Of a stretch of DNA of 64,000 nt, positions 10,005-19,700 are shown piece after piece. The stretch's first letter is position 1. Each line of letters starts with the position of its first letter. The notes under the pieces were generated by a model that was not told where the DNA came from, ran no database searches, and saw only the letters and a program-made list of their open reading frames with translations. The DNA comes from a virus. The DNA lies in IMG/VR virus record IMGVR_UViG_3300033074_002003. One strand, given 5' to 3'. The position numbers and the translations under genes were made by a program.

Positions 10005-10139
10005 GAGCCGCTTCCCACGAGTGACACACAGAGAGGTCACACCGTCAGGAGGCTGTGGAACCCACCGGACCTGTAGAGTGTGCCCAGGGTGGGTCGTGGG
10101 GCGGCTGAACACCCATACAGTGCGGCATACTTTGGCAAC

Positions 10140-10325
10140 ATGCAACAGGCCAAGAAGAAATCGACGACAGTCGAGGATTACCTTGTCGAGTGCGAGAAGC
10201 TGGTGAAAGAGGGCTTCGCGACGCTCCTTCCCTTCGACGGTTCGTCGATCCCGAGGTACGAGCTCACAGAGCTCGGTCGCCGGGTGATGATCGCAGAGAT
10301 CTCGAAGCCCATCGGGAGCGCGTGA
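10140..10325 (+). CDS. hypothetical small protein
   Basis: internal Met MQQAKKK of ORF 10080..10325. Confidence 0.3.
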   Translation: MQQAKKKSTTVEDYLVECEKLVKEGFATLLPFDGSSIPRYELTELGRRVMIAEISKPIGSA

Positions 10326-10588
10326 TGATCAACATCAGGGTAGAGCTCGACAGAGCGAACAGGATCTTCTCGTACGTCATTGTCCCGTACGCGTCTGTCG
10401 CTCTCCTGGTTGCAGTCGGTTTCTTCCTCGGCCGCGATCCATCGCCCTTTGGCCTCATGATGGTCACGTTCGTGGGCGCGCTCATCGGTACGCTCTACAA
10501 GGGCATCATTGACGACTGGACTGAGGCGAAGCTCAGCAACTCTGCGCTCAATCTCGCGCTCAAAGAGGGCGAGAAGAAGGCCGAGTGA
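10324..10588 (+). CDS. small membrane protein
   Basis: TGATG overlap; hydrophobic core VIVPYASVALLVAVGFFLG. Confidence 0.45.
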
Positions 10589-10800
10589 CCGTGACGCTCG
10601 TACTGCTCGGAAAAGCGCTCGCGCTGTGGGTTGCGGGCGCGCTCGTCTTCAGAGCGTTCGTCGCTGTCACTTTCAGGCGAAAGGTCGAACCCGTCGAGCG
10701 TGAGTGGTTGCTAGCGGCGCTGTGGCCGCTCATGTGTCCCATTTACTTCGCGGTCACGATCGTGATCGTAGTGAGACTTCTAGTGAGAGCGGTGGCGTGA
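10585..10800 (+). CDS. small membrane protein (GTG start)
   Basis: GTGA overlap; two hydrophobic segments. Confidence 0.4.
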   Translation: MTVTLVLLGKALALWVAGALVFRAFVAVTFRRKVEPVEREWLLAALWPLMCPIYFAVTIVIVVRLLVRAVA

Positions 10801-11174
10801 TGGTGTGGATCATACTAGACAGTATTATAGCGCTTCTCGTTGTGATTGGTATCACGATGAAAATGCGGGATGTCGTCAGAGAGAAGCGTCGCCAAAGAGA
10901 GGCGAACTGGAACGCGATGGAAGCTGACGAGAGCCTTCATGTAGTAAGAGAACCTTATGATAGGTGTCTGATATGTCACACCTCCAACCAGGGCTGTCCG
11001 GGTAAATTCGGGCTCTTTTTCTCGTGGCCGTTCAGTGGACCTTCTGGACTTCGTCTTGAGGATAACAAGGGTCCCGTGCTTGCCAAAGCAACAGTCAACA
11101 CACTTCAGAGATGTCTCACCTGTGGTGCAACCTGGCGCGTGACACAATTTAGTCCCTACAGACGAAAAGCGTGA
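10798..11174 (+). CDS. membrane-anchored Cys-rich protein
   Basis: ATGA-type overlap; N-terminal TM helix then CLICH...CPG...CLTC motifs. Confidence 0.4.
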
Positions 11175-11177
11175 CCC

Positions 11178-12833
11178 TTACGATACGAGCTGGCGCCTGA
11201 TCACACCGAACGTCGTGTAGCTCACGAGGTTAGAGTTGAAGGGTGAAGCGGCCCACTGTGCCCATGAGTTGCAGGTCGCCTCTGCGGGAACGGCAGCAGA
11301 ACCAGTGAGAACAGGGATCATCTTTGTTCCGCCCTCGAACATAATCTCTCCCAGAGATCCTGAGAGTGATGGTGTAGTTGTCGTCGGGTGAATGAGGAAT
11401 TTTGCGCCGTTCTCGACGCGCACACCGTACGTGAGTGATGCAGTGCACTGTCCATTGACGCCGCACGAAGTTCCGTTTGCAAGAACAAATACAGAACCTT
11501 CCCCACGAATAACAAGTGCGGCGTCTGCTGTAGACAGCCCTTCCCAGTTGAAGAAGTGCATAAAACCGCTGCAAATGACGCGTGTGCCCAAACCAGGCCA
11601 GCCAGAAGAAACCATTCTGATCCTGCTGCCACCAACCATCAGGACGTCATTTGCGAAATCAACAAACACGCCAAATAGCGGCTCGACAGTCATGCTGCGA
11701 AATACATTTCCGCCCGCGAGGCGAAGTCGTGACGTCGCCGCAGGGAAGAACTGGATCGTCGAGGGCGTTGCAGGAGTTCCTGTTTCTGATTTTATGAGGC
11801 ACGACGCGATTGTCATCTGAACGATGTTTGGCGACCAGCTTGCGGCTGTCGACGTAAATTTACACCGTGTGAACTGTGTTATTGCTGTCGAGTAGTGAAT
11901 GTTTGAGTTCGCCGCCGCGCTGCGAAATTCGAAATCGCGGAACTGAAGAAGGAAGCCTGTTTGCGGCGGTGAAACCACAAATTCACAGTTCCACTTCGTA
12001 AGCTCCACAATCTTATAGTTGCCCGTGAAGCCACCACCAGCGAGTCCCGTACCCGCAGTGTTACCAGGAGAACTCACTCGGCACACACCAGAACCGAGAT
12101 TCTCGTCGATCCAGCCAGTCGTTCCCGAGGAGCCGCCGCTCGTAACATGGAAGAGTTTGTCGCGTTCTAGGTTCCAGTCGCCAGCGTTTGTGTCTGTGAT
12201 CGTCGCCTGTGCTGAAACAGTCGTCGATGTCGAAGCTCCGGTGAACGTTCCCGTGCGAACTGTCGTCTGTGTGCCCTGGAATACGACCGACGCGCGCTGG
12301 CCGCCACCCAGCGTCGTCGATCCCTCTCTCCGGGGCAACATGATCGGGTTCCAACACATCTTGTCGGCACCCGAAATGTCGTTCAAGACGTTGATGAGGT
12401 AGGGGAGTCCCTGGTAGAGGAACGAGAGCCGCCACGTGAGCTCCTCCAGCGTCTTGATCGCAGACCCGCTCGCGGCACCGTCGTTGTCATCGCTGCCGCT
12501 CACGGGATCGAGGAACCACAGGTCCTGCGACGCCCAGTGCGAGTTCGGAGCGATCGACCTCACCCACTTTCCGACGCCCGATTTTGTCGCTGCGACCGAG
12601 CTCGTCATCACAGACAGTGGAGATGACTTGTCGAGGACGAAGACACCTTTCCTCGATCCGACGTACGCGAGCGCGCCTGTCTGCATCTTTGAGTCCTTGA
12701 TCTGCGACAGCTCAGCGAACGTGCTGACAGATACTTGCGCTGTGGATCCGACAAGGATTCGGAACCCCGGAACGTCGGCCTGTTCGTGCACAATTCCGCG
12801 CTCGTCAATTGTTGTGAGGATTGGTTTCGCCAT
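11178..12833 (-). CDS. tail fibre / tailspike-like protein (Gly/Ser/Thr-rich beta-helix-like repeats)
   Basis: 551 aa, low-complexity G/S/T-rich repeats (e.g. GASTSTTVSAQATITD); convergent with upstream plus-strand block; antisense ORFs are junk. Confidence 0.5.
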   Translation of the reverse strand: MAKPILTTIDERGIVHEQADVPGFRILVGSTAQVSVSTFAELSQIKDSKMQTGALAYVGSRKGVFVLDKSSPLSVMTSSVAATKSGVGKWVRSIAPNSHWASQDLWFLDPVSGSDDNDGAASGSAIKTLEELTWRLSFLYQGLPYLINVLNDISGADKMCWNPIMLPRREGSTTLGGGQRASVVFQGTQTTVRTGTFTGASTSTTVSAQATITDTNAGDWNLERDKLFHVTSGGSSGTTGWIDENLGSGVCRVSSPGNTAGTGLAGGGFTGNYKIVELTKWNCEFVVSPPQTGFLLQFRDFEFRSAAANSNIHYSTAITQFTRCKFTSTAASWSPNIVQMTIASCLIKSETGTPATPSTIQFFPAATSRLRLAGGNVFRSMTVEPLFGVFVDFANDVLMVGGSRIRMVSSGWPGLGTRVICSGFMHFFNWEGLSTADAALVIRGEGSVFVLANGTSCGVNGQCTASLTYGVRVENGAKFLIHPTTTTPSLSGSLGEIMFEGGTKMIPVLTGSAAVPAEATCNSWAQWAASPFNSNLVSYTTFGVIRRQLVS

Positions 12834-12890
12834 CGGTGTCTTCGATCCTAAGTATTCCCATCACTGTACACCGCGGCTCACAGAGTTATA

Positions 12891-13268
12891 GTGCCCTGCA
12901 TGTACGGAGCACTGACTCACTGGGAAATCTTTGCGATCTGTGCGCTGGCGTACCTTGCGTGTGCTGTCGTATTTTTCGTGGTGACAAACTGGCTCTACGG
13001 GTACTTGGGCGCGCGCACCGGGAAGTTCAGCGAGATTTTGGGATTCTTCAGTGAGGTGACACCCTCGTTGGTTTTCCCGCTGGCGATTCTTCTCGTCATT
13101 GTCGGCGAAACGTTCGACGTCCTCATCAAGAGGGTACTCGATCCTGTCAGTGTTTCTTTGAAAAGGTACGCAAAGCAGATCGCCGAAGCCGGTCACCGTA
13201 CGGGCGGCGGGACCGTAGAAGATCCCGTCGTTACGTCTCGTAGGGGCGTGAAAACAGAGGAAGAATGA
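12891..13268 (+). CDS. membrane protein (3-4 TM)
   Basis: ORF track; strongly hydrophobic. Confidence 0.45.
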   Translation: MPCMYGALTHWEIFAICALAYLACAVVFFVVTNWLYGYLGARTGKFSEILGFFSEVTPSLVFPLAILLVIVGETFDVLIKRVLDPVSVSLKRYAKQIAEAGHRTGGGTVEDPVVTSRRGVKTEEE

Positions 13269-13606
13269 ACGACGACAGCGGTTTCTGGATGGTTCTGTTT
13301 ACTATTCTTGGTCTTTTGGGCCTGCTAGGGTTTGTCTCGTGGGGCGTACACGCCTGCAACACAGCAGAGAACGCGGCATTCGGAGGAGTCGATCAGGAGA
13401 TCGCGAGGCGCAACTTCGAGAGGTCGCAGGCGTACCGCGAGGGCCTCAGGCGAGACTTTGACGAGCTGATGCTTGCACACTCGAAAGCGAAGTCAGACGA
13501 CGAGAGGGCGACGATCATGTCCGTCCTAAAACACAGGGCCGCTGGTGCACCTCCTGAGGCTGTTCCCGAAGACGTGAAGAAGTTTCTTGCTGCTCACTCG
13601 AACTGA
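13265..13606 (+). CDS. membrane-anchored protein (N-terminal TM)
   Basis: ATGA coupling; MVLFTILGLLGLLGFVSW. Confidence 0.45.
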   Translation: MNDDSGFWMVLFTILGLLGLLGFVSWGVHACNTAENAAFGGVDQEIARRNFERSQAYREGLRRDFDELMLAHSKAKSDDERATIMSVLKHRAAGAPPEAVPEDVKKFLAAHSN

Positions 13607-13618
13607 AAGAGAACGACA

Positions 13619-14161
13619 ATGAAGAAGATTTTTGGAAGTGTCATCGCGCTCGCCGTGCTGTTTGTTTCCGCGTGCGGCTCGGAGTCCACAGACGCGAAGC
13701 AAGCTGCCGCGCAGGCACAGGCGCTCGAACAGGCACACATGCAGATCGGGATGCCCGCGATCGGAAACTTCTCAGAGAAGCGGATGATGAAGGACCTCTA
13801 CGAGCTCCGCGACAAGCCCTTCCCGACGCACACGTACATCGTGAACGAGCAGACGGGATGTCTCATGTACCTCGGCCCGTCTGTGGGCTACGGGCTTCCC
13901 TACGCGACGCAGTACACCTCGCCCACGAAGTGGGGGTACGTCGGAAATGGTGCTTACGACAAGTCGCCGCAAGCAGAGCCCAATGGCCTCTTCATGCCCA
14001 CCTCCGCAGAGGGGACGTGGATCATGCTGAAAGATCCCAACGGTCCCGACGTGAAGCCCGTCTACGTCGAGCCTCGTGTCGTCGTGTCTCCTTTCCGCGT
14101 CACTACTGGCGAGTGCTCCGAGCGCCCGCACTCTGCGATGCAGGCACCCAAGGAGAAGTGA
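13619..14161 (+). CDS. putative lipoprotein
   Basis: signal peptide MKKIFGSVIALAVLFVSAC with lipobox VSAC-G. Confidence 0.55.
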   Translation: MKKIFGSVIALAVLFVSACGSESTDAKQAAAQAQALEQAHMQIGMPAIGNFSEKRMMKDLYELRDKPFPTHTYIVNEQTGCLMYLGPSVGYGLPYATQYTSPTKWGYVGNGAYDKSPQAEPNGLFMPTSAEGTWIMLKDPNGPDVKPVYVEPRVVVSPFRVTTGECSERPHSAMQAPKEK

Positions 14162-14162
14162 G

Positions 14163-14459
14163 ATGATCTTCTATGTTGCGGGCGTCGTAGCGTATCTCTC
14201 TGTCGGTTTTTTCATCTTCTCGCTCGCGCGCTTCCTCTACGGGTTCGTAGACGAGCCCTTGGACGTCCTGGAGGCGATGACGTCTTTTGGCGAGCTCGTC
14301 ATCCTCGCCTGGCCTATCGCCATTGCTGTCCTTGTCATCTACCCACTTGCGGTGAGACTCGGGGAGTTTGCAGACTGGTGCGGGAGAGGGGCTACGTACC
14401 TCGGCGGGCGACTGAAGATCGCGCTGAAGGGCACCAAGCTGGAAAAGAAGGACGAGTGA
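14163..14459 (+). CDS. small membrane protein (2 TM)
   Basis: ATG directly after upstream stop; hydrophobic. Confidence 0.45.
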   Translation: MIFYVAGVVAYLSVGFFIFSLARFLYGFVDEPLDVLEAMTSFGELVILAWPIAIAVLVIYPLAVRLGEFADWCGRGATYLGGRLKIALKGTKLEKKDE

Positions 14460-14460
14460 A

Positions 14461-14697
14461 ATGAGCAAGGTATTTCCACACGTACCCGAAACATTTTACG
14501 CTGTCATCGTGGAGAACAAGCCTCGAGTGATCGTGTTTGCCACAGAGACTTCTCTTGAGGGGGCACAGCAGCTGTGTCGCGAAGCTCATACATGGTACCC
14601 TGACAGGCGCGTGATCATCAAGAAATATCACTCGCTCTCTGTCCACGGTCGTAGGACGTGGGAGCCGAAACGAAAGATCGAACTGGAACGCAAATGA
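14461..14697 (+). CDS. hypothetical protein
   Basis: ORF track 78 aa. Confidence 0.4.
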   Translation: MSKVFPHVPETFYAVIVENKPRVIVFATETSLEGAQQLCREAHTWYPDRRVIIKKYHSLSVHGRRTWEPKRKIELERK

Positions 14698-15155
14698 AAG
14701 AAGCAAGGAAGCCGCGCAAGGGTGAGCTGAATTTTGAGCTCGAAAAGATGATCAGATCTGTCGTGGACGACGATCTCCCGTTCTTGTACGCGCTGGAACT
14801 GATTCAGCTTCGCACCCGACGCATTGCGAGGAAGTTTGGCGTCGATGAGTTTACGATCGATTACGATCACGGTTGTGATATCAGGTCTCCTCGAGCGTGG
14901 ATCAATGATGGGATCACGATCTTGATGTTTCGCAGGCGTCCCAATGGTTCGATGGCGATCCATCGAGCTGGCTGTGCACGCTCACCCGTGCCGCAAAAGA
15001 AGAACCCAACGCTTGCAAATCTCTACGTGAAGCGCGAGCTCAGAATTTTCTCGTTTGTCGATGAGAGGTACGCGTGGGAGAAGTTCACCGTGCTCAAGCC
15101 GAGAAAATCTCTCGTGAAGCAGTGGAAAGCGCGCGAGGCTCGATCCTCACGCTGA
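14695..15155 (+). CDS. hypothetical protein
   Basis: internal Met MKEARKPRKG overlapping upstream stop. Confidence 0.4.
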
Positions 15156-15893
15156 CTGGCCCATGTAGTGCGTCGCAAATATCTCTTCAGTAAGACCAGT
15201 GTCCAGGAGAACGATCCTGCCGTCCGCGCCGAAGCCGATGTTGTCGGGCGAGAACAGTTCGTTCGTCATCCTCCCGACACGAGCGGCAAAGTTGATGATG
15301 TTGAGGACCTCTTCACACTTTAGCATGCGCTCCCACTGTCCCTTGCGATGTCGTGGCACACGAGCTGATAGCTCTCGTCCCCCCTCCTCGAAGCGCTTGA
15401 TGAGTGCGTCCTCGTACGCGATGCTCTTCTTGAGGTGCTCCCTCACGTCGCCGCGAAATACCTGGGAGAGCCCGAACGTCGTAAGCTCTGCGAGCGTGAG
15501 TCCCGTCACTGCCTCGAACTTCTTGTTCCCACCCGGAGTGCTCTCGACGCTGCGACAGAGCTCTACGAGGATCCACGAAAAATCCGCTGCGCGGTGGAAA
15601 GCCCTCGGCAAGAAGGGTTCAGTGTGCCCCAGCGACTCCCACTCTGCTTCGTTCTGCGCGTGACCGACGTCCTCTGACATCGTGACAGAGTCTGCGACCT
15701 TGAAAACCTTTCGAGTGTTCGCTATGTACACTGCGCGGGAGCTGCCGTATCCTATGCAGGGCAGGCGAGATTTGATGTAGCCCACCTGCTCGCCAGGCGT
15801 CTTCAGACGGAAGAACTCCTTGTCGTAGAAGGGTTGTTTGCGCTCTAGAAGCGCTTGCTTGACGAACTCGCGAAGCAGGTCTGACACTCGCAT
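15147..15893 (-). CDS. hypothetical protein with atypical protein-kinase-like motifs
   Basis: start MRVSDLLREF; GYGSSRAVY Gly-loop-like, VFKVA, SPDNIGF...LLDTG resemble kinase VAIK/catalytic/DFG-like elements (weak). Confidence 0.45.
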   Translation of the reverse strand: MRVSDLLREFVKQALLERKQPFYDKEFFRLKTPGEQVGYIKSRLPCIGYGSSRAVYIANTRKVFKVADSVTMSEDVGHAQNEAEWESLGHTEPFLPRAFHRAADFSWILVELCRSVESTPGGNKKFEAVTGLTLAELTTFGLSQVFRGDVREHLKKSIAYEDALIKRFEEGGRELSARVPRHRKGQWERMLKCEEVLNIINFAARVGRMTNELFSPDNIGFGADGRIVLLDTGLTEEIFATHYMGQSA

Positions 15894-15947
15894 AAATACG
15901 TCGCAGCAATGTGATGCTTTAGAAGTTTCTACTAATACGTATGATGT

Positions 15948-16730
15948 GTGAAGAAAGCATACGTATACATTATCACTTGTCACGAAAACGGGAAACAATA
16001 TGTGGGTGTAACAGTAAATCCAACTACGCGCTGGGGTGCGCACATTTACGGTGCATTTGCTGACGGCAGAACGAAATTTGCTCGTGCTATTCGCAAATAT
16101 GGCAAAGATGCGTTTGAGTTCAAGCTCATTATCGGATTTCTAACGCAAGATGATGCATATGAGTTCGAAATTCAGCTGATTCATGAACTTGACACAGTCA
16201 AAAATGGCTACAATTCAAATTACGGCGGCATGGGAGGTGTGTGTCCCTCTGAAGAAGTTCGCAAGAAAATCGCTGATGCAATGCGTGGTCGTGTACCATC
16301 AGATGAAACTAGAAAGAAAATTTCGGATGCGTGTTTACGTCGACGAGATATACTAGCAAAAAATGCTAGTGAACGTTTTCGCGGGAAAACTCTTACAGAA
16401 GAGCACAAGAGAAAGCTTAGTGAGGCAGGAAAAGGTAAGCACTCTGATCGTGTTTTTTCGGAAGAAACGCGCTATAAAATGGGCTCTACAAACCGTGGTA
16501 AGTGTCTTTCTGCAGAACACAGACGAAAAATAAGCGAAGCTGGGAAGGGCAGAAAGCACAGCGCAGAAACAAGAGCAAAAATGCGCCGGAAGGAAACACC
16601 TGAGCAATGCGAACAACGACGTCAATCTGCTTTGGCACGATGGGAAAGAATCAGAAATGAGCGTAACATCAAAGATGTGGAAATATCCACGGACTCGGCA
16701 TCTGGAGGGCAGCAAGTTCCAGAACGGTGA
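15948..16730 (+). CDS. GIY-YIG homing endonuclease with repeated NUMOD3-like DNA-binding motifs
   Basis: N-terminal YVYIITCHENGKQYVGVT...R...H motif; repeats TEEHKRKLSEAGKGK / SAEHRRKISEAGKGRKHS; markedly AT-rich relative to flanks. Confidence 0.85.
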   Translation: MKKAYVYIITCHENGKQYVGVTVNPTTRWGAHIYGAFADGRTKFARAIRKYGKDAFEFKLIIGFLTQDDAYEFEIQLIHELDTVKNGYNSNYGGMGGVCPSEEVRKKIADAMRGRVPSDETRKKISDACLRRRDILAKNASERFRGKTLTEEHKRKLSEAGKGKHSDRVFSEETRYKMGSTNRGKCLSAEHRRKISEAGKGRKHSAETRAKMRRKETPEQCEQRRQSALARWERIRNERNIKDVEISTDSASGGQQVPER

Positions 16731-17502
16731 TCACGATCTAGAATCGGTACCCTTCTCTGAAATCAGAGGAAAACACCTGATCATTGAAGAAAAGCTCGAC
16801 GGTGGAAATTTCGGTATTTCATTTGACAACGACGAAATGCTTTTGCAGTCAAGAGGACATTTTTTGCGTGGCGGTCCTCGTGAAAAAGAGTTTGAAATCT
16901 TAAAACAGTGGGCTGCGACACATGAAGAGACGCTTTTTAGTGTTCTTGGTGAGCGGTATGTGATGTACGGCGAAAACATGACAGCTGCACACACGATTTT
17001 TTACGATTCGCTCCCACACTACTTCATGGAGTTCGACGTCCTCGACAAGGAGACGGGAAAGTTCCTCTCGACACCGGCTCGCGACGCGCTCCTCCGCGAC
17101 GATTGCCTTCCGATGAGGATCGAACCCGTGCGTGTGATGGGCGTCGGGTACGTCGGTTCTCTCACAGAACTCCGCGGGATGGTGGGAAGGTCGAAGTTCG
17201 TTTCCGACGACATCGCTCGCAGTGCCATCGCCGCTGTCGAGAGGTCGCAGTTCGGGAAGCAGTGTGCCACTGAGCTCGAGCTCGATGGGCTCATTCGCTC
17301 GACATTCTATGTGGGACCCACGATGGAGGGACTCTACATCAAATGGGAGGAAGACGGCGAGGTGAAGGGCCGCTACAAATTCGTGCGAGATTCCTTCGTG
17401 AGTCACGTTGCGGGTGCAGAGGAACACTGGCACGACAGGCCTATCGTGCAGAATGGCCTCGTCGAGGGCAGGCTTGAGGCGATGTTTTCGATGGAGACCT
17501 GA
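16675..17502 (+). CDS. ATP-dependent RNA ligase-like nucleotidyltransferase (KxDG motif)
   Basis: KYPRTRHL, motif I EEKLDGGN, motif IV-like EGLYIKWEEDG, motif V-like RYKFVR; start overlapped by GIY-YIG ORF. Confidence 0.55.
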   Translation: MWKYPRTRHLEGSKFQNGDHDLESVPFSEIRGKHLIIEEKLDGGNFGISFDNDEMLLQSRGHFLRGGPREKEFEILKQWAATHEETLFSVLGERYVMYGENMTAAHTIFYDSLPHYFMEFDVLDKETGKFLSTPARDALLRDDCLPMRIEPVRVMGVGYVGSLTELRGMVGRSKFVSDDIARSAIAAVERSQFGKQCATELELDGLIRSTFYVGPTMEGLYIKWEEDGEVKGRYKFVRDSFVSHVAGAEEHWHDRPIVQNGLVEGRLEAMFSMET

Positions 17503-17509
17503 CGGGCGT

Positions 17510-18211
17510 TCAAGAGTACTTAGATTCGAAGTACTTCTTCGCCGCGACCCTGATGGCCGCAGAGACGTCGGCCTCAGTGACGCCGTCGATCGAGAATCCG
17601 ATGTCACCCACGAACTCGTCGTGTGCGGCCTCGAGCTGACCCGTCTGGGTCCCGCCCGATTTCTGCCTGTACGCGTAGTCGAGGTAGGGACGCTTCGGGT
17701 CCTTCACGAGCTTCGAGTCGTCCTTCGTCGGTTCTGTCTTTGGATCCTCTTCGTCGTCGAGCTTCAGTACCTCGATGCCACCGCTGCCCTGCGCAAACTT
17801 CGACCACACCCCGCCAGCATCTCCCGAGACGTCCTGCCTGTCTGACATGATCGTGTGTGTCGGGACGTGTGCCATCGTGATGTAGTACATCAGCGGACCG
17901 TACCCGCTGCCCTTCTCTGCGGCAGAGCGACGAATCTCCCATGCACCCTCGGCCTCTCCCGTGACAGAAGGAGAGAACATCGTCATCGCCTTCACGTTCT
18001 GCACGATGATCTCAGGAGCCTCGTCGCGGAATTGGAACTGCGGGTTGTGCGCGGCATCCTCGAGCTGTTGCGCCGCCGATCCGCGATCGTAGAGGACGGC
18101 GTAGTGCTCGTCACCGTCGTCGACAAAAGCGAGCGCGAGCCCAGCCTTCTGCGCCACCTGTGGAGTTGCCATCGCCTCAGAGATGACTGCACGGATGAAT
18201 TTCCTGATCAC
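17510..18211 (-). CDS. hypothetical protein, paralog triplet member 1
   Basis: shares GYGPLMY..[IM]..V.P...[IM].[SA]DR..V[ST]G.A.G[VI]W block with two downstream genes. Confidence 0.55.
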   Translation of the reverse strand: MIRKFIRAVISEAMATPQVAQKAGLALAFVDDGDEHYAVLYDRGSAAQQLEDAAHNPQFQFRDEAPEIIVQNVKAMTMFSPSVTGEAEGAWEIRRSAAEKGSGYGPLMYYITMAHVPTHTIMSDRQDVSGDAGGVWSKFAQGSGGIEVLKLDDEEDPKTEPTKDDSKLVKDPKRPYLDYAYRQKSGGTQTGQLEAAHDEFVGDIGFSIDGVTEADVSAAIRVAAKKYFESKYS

Positions 18212-18975
18212 GACAGCTCTCGTTCCTGTGACATTCCGATGGTCGCAGCAAAGTATTTCAGTGCTGCGTGCTCAAAGACCTTCTCAACCCACGACTGCGC
18301 TGCACTACCGATGACGGGACGCATGCGCTCCGTAAGCTCGCGAGCGAACTCCTCATGCTTTACATTCATAGAGCGTCCCGAAGGCGTGCTCGTTGAACTG
18401 TACGAATAGTTCAGTGGGTTAGCGTCCTCACCCTTCCTGATCTCTTCGGGATACACAAGTCCGTCATCGCTCTTTGGTGGTGTCTTGGGATCATCCACGT
18501 CGTCGATGTGATGTTTCTTCACGTCCTTGCGATTGTGGAAGTAGAACGACCACACGCCCCTCGCGTCACCCGATACGTTCTCGCGGTCAGACACGATTTC
18601 GTGTGATGGAGCGACAGACATCGCGATATCATACATCAGCGGACCGTACCCTTGCTCTGCCGCCGAGCCGACGACCTCTAGAGCACCATTCGTAGGTCCG
18701 CCGCGTGGCTTCCTCAGCGATACAGTACCGACAGATGCCCCCACGATGTCACCACGAATTCCTTCGAGGTACTTGAGGAGCGACGCCTTGTCTGTGTTCT
18801 TTGGTACTGGGCGCTTCAGCGCTCGCGCAGCACGGGCGGGCGAGTACATCAGGAGGTCGATAGTCTGTCCCTTCATGAGCACGAAGAGTGCCATGCCCGC
18901 CTCGCCCGCGGCGTCTGCACCGATCGCTGCCTCAGTGAGGCACCCTCGCACGAACTGTCTGATGCTATCGCTCAT
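18208..18975 (-). CDS. hypothetical protein, paralog triplet member 2
   Basis: ATGA coupling to member 1; conserved blocks. Confidence 0.55.
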   Translation of the reverse strand: MSDSIRQFVRGCLTEAAIGADAAGEAGMALFVLMKGQTIDLLMYSPARAARALKRPVPKNTDKASLLKYLEGIRGDIVGASVGTVSLRKPRGGPTNGALEVVGSAAEQGYGPLMYDIAMSVAPSHEIVSDRENVSGDARGVWSFYFHNRKDVKKHHIDDVDDPKTPPKSDDGLVYPEEIRKGEDANPLNYSYSSTSTPSGRSMNVKHEEFARELTERMRPVIGSAAQSWVEKVFEHAALKYFAATIGMSQERELS

Positions 18976-19700
18976 GGTTCCACCGAGTTCATGTATGCCT
19001 CATCGAAGAAGTACGAGCCCGCTGACCAGATCCTGTGTTCGATCGCGCTCTCTTTGTATCCTTGCAACCTGAGAATCTCGTGAGCTCTCTTCAGGAACGA
19101 AGCGTGCGAAGACTGAAGCGGGCCGAGAGGCAGCGGAGCCTCTGCGGTGTAAGCGTAATTGAGCGCGGGTTCACCCTTCGCGAGCTTGCACTTCGCGCCA
19201 TCAAGCTTCTGCGCCGCGACGCGCCCGTGCACGCCCGAACCCAGCGAGAGGTACTTGCGCCAGATTCCTTGGGCTGCACCCGTGACATTGTTCCTGTCAG
19301 CCATGATGCCGCCCGGCGATACAGACATCGCGATGTCGTACATCAGCGGACCGTAGCCCTTCCTCGCCGCAGACATCTTTACCTCACGCGCGCCATCGCA
19401 CCCACCGCCCAGCGAGATGAAACCAAGGATGTTGTTCTGAAAAGACTTCACTACGAGGTCATCAACGTCTGTGGTCTCGTCCTCGCGGGCGCGACCCACG
19501 ATGTCAGTGAGTTCGCGCAGGATCGACTTCGTGTCGTAGAGGATGTATGCAGGGTCGCCACCCGCATCACCGCCCACACACAGGGCGGCCCCGCGCCCGC
19601 TCGCGAAAGAAGAGTGGACCGCAGCCTCACGTATGACAGACCTGATGAATGCAATGAGGGGAAGCACGCCGGAGCTTAAATAGGTGTATTTAGGAGACAT
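18972..19700 (-). CDS. hypothetical protein, paralog triplet member 3 (start uncertain: 19700 ATG or 19667 GTG)
   Basis: ATGA coupling to member 2; conserved FIRSVIREA N-terminal block. Confidence 0.5.
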   Translation of the reverse strand: MSPKYTYLSSGVLPLIAFIRSVIREAAVHSSFASGRGAALCVGGDAGGDPAYILYDTKSILRELTDIVGRAREDETTDVDDLVVKSFQNNILGFISLGGGCDGAREVKMSAARKGYGPLMYDIAMSVSPGGIMADRNNVTGAAQGIWRKYLSLGSGVHGRVAAQKLDGAKCKLAKGEPALNYAYTAEAPLPLGPLQSSHASFLKRAHEILRLQGYKESAIEHRIWSAGSYFFDEAYMNSVEP

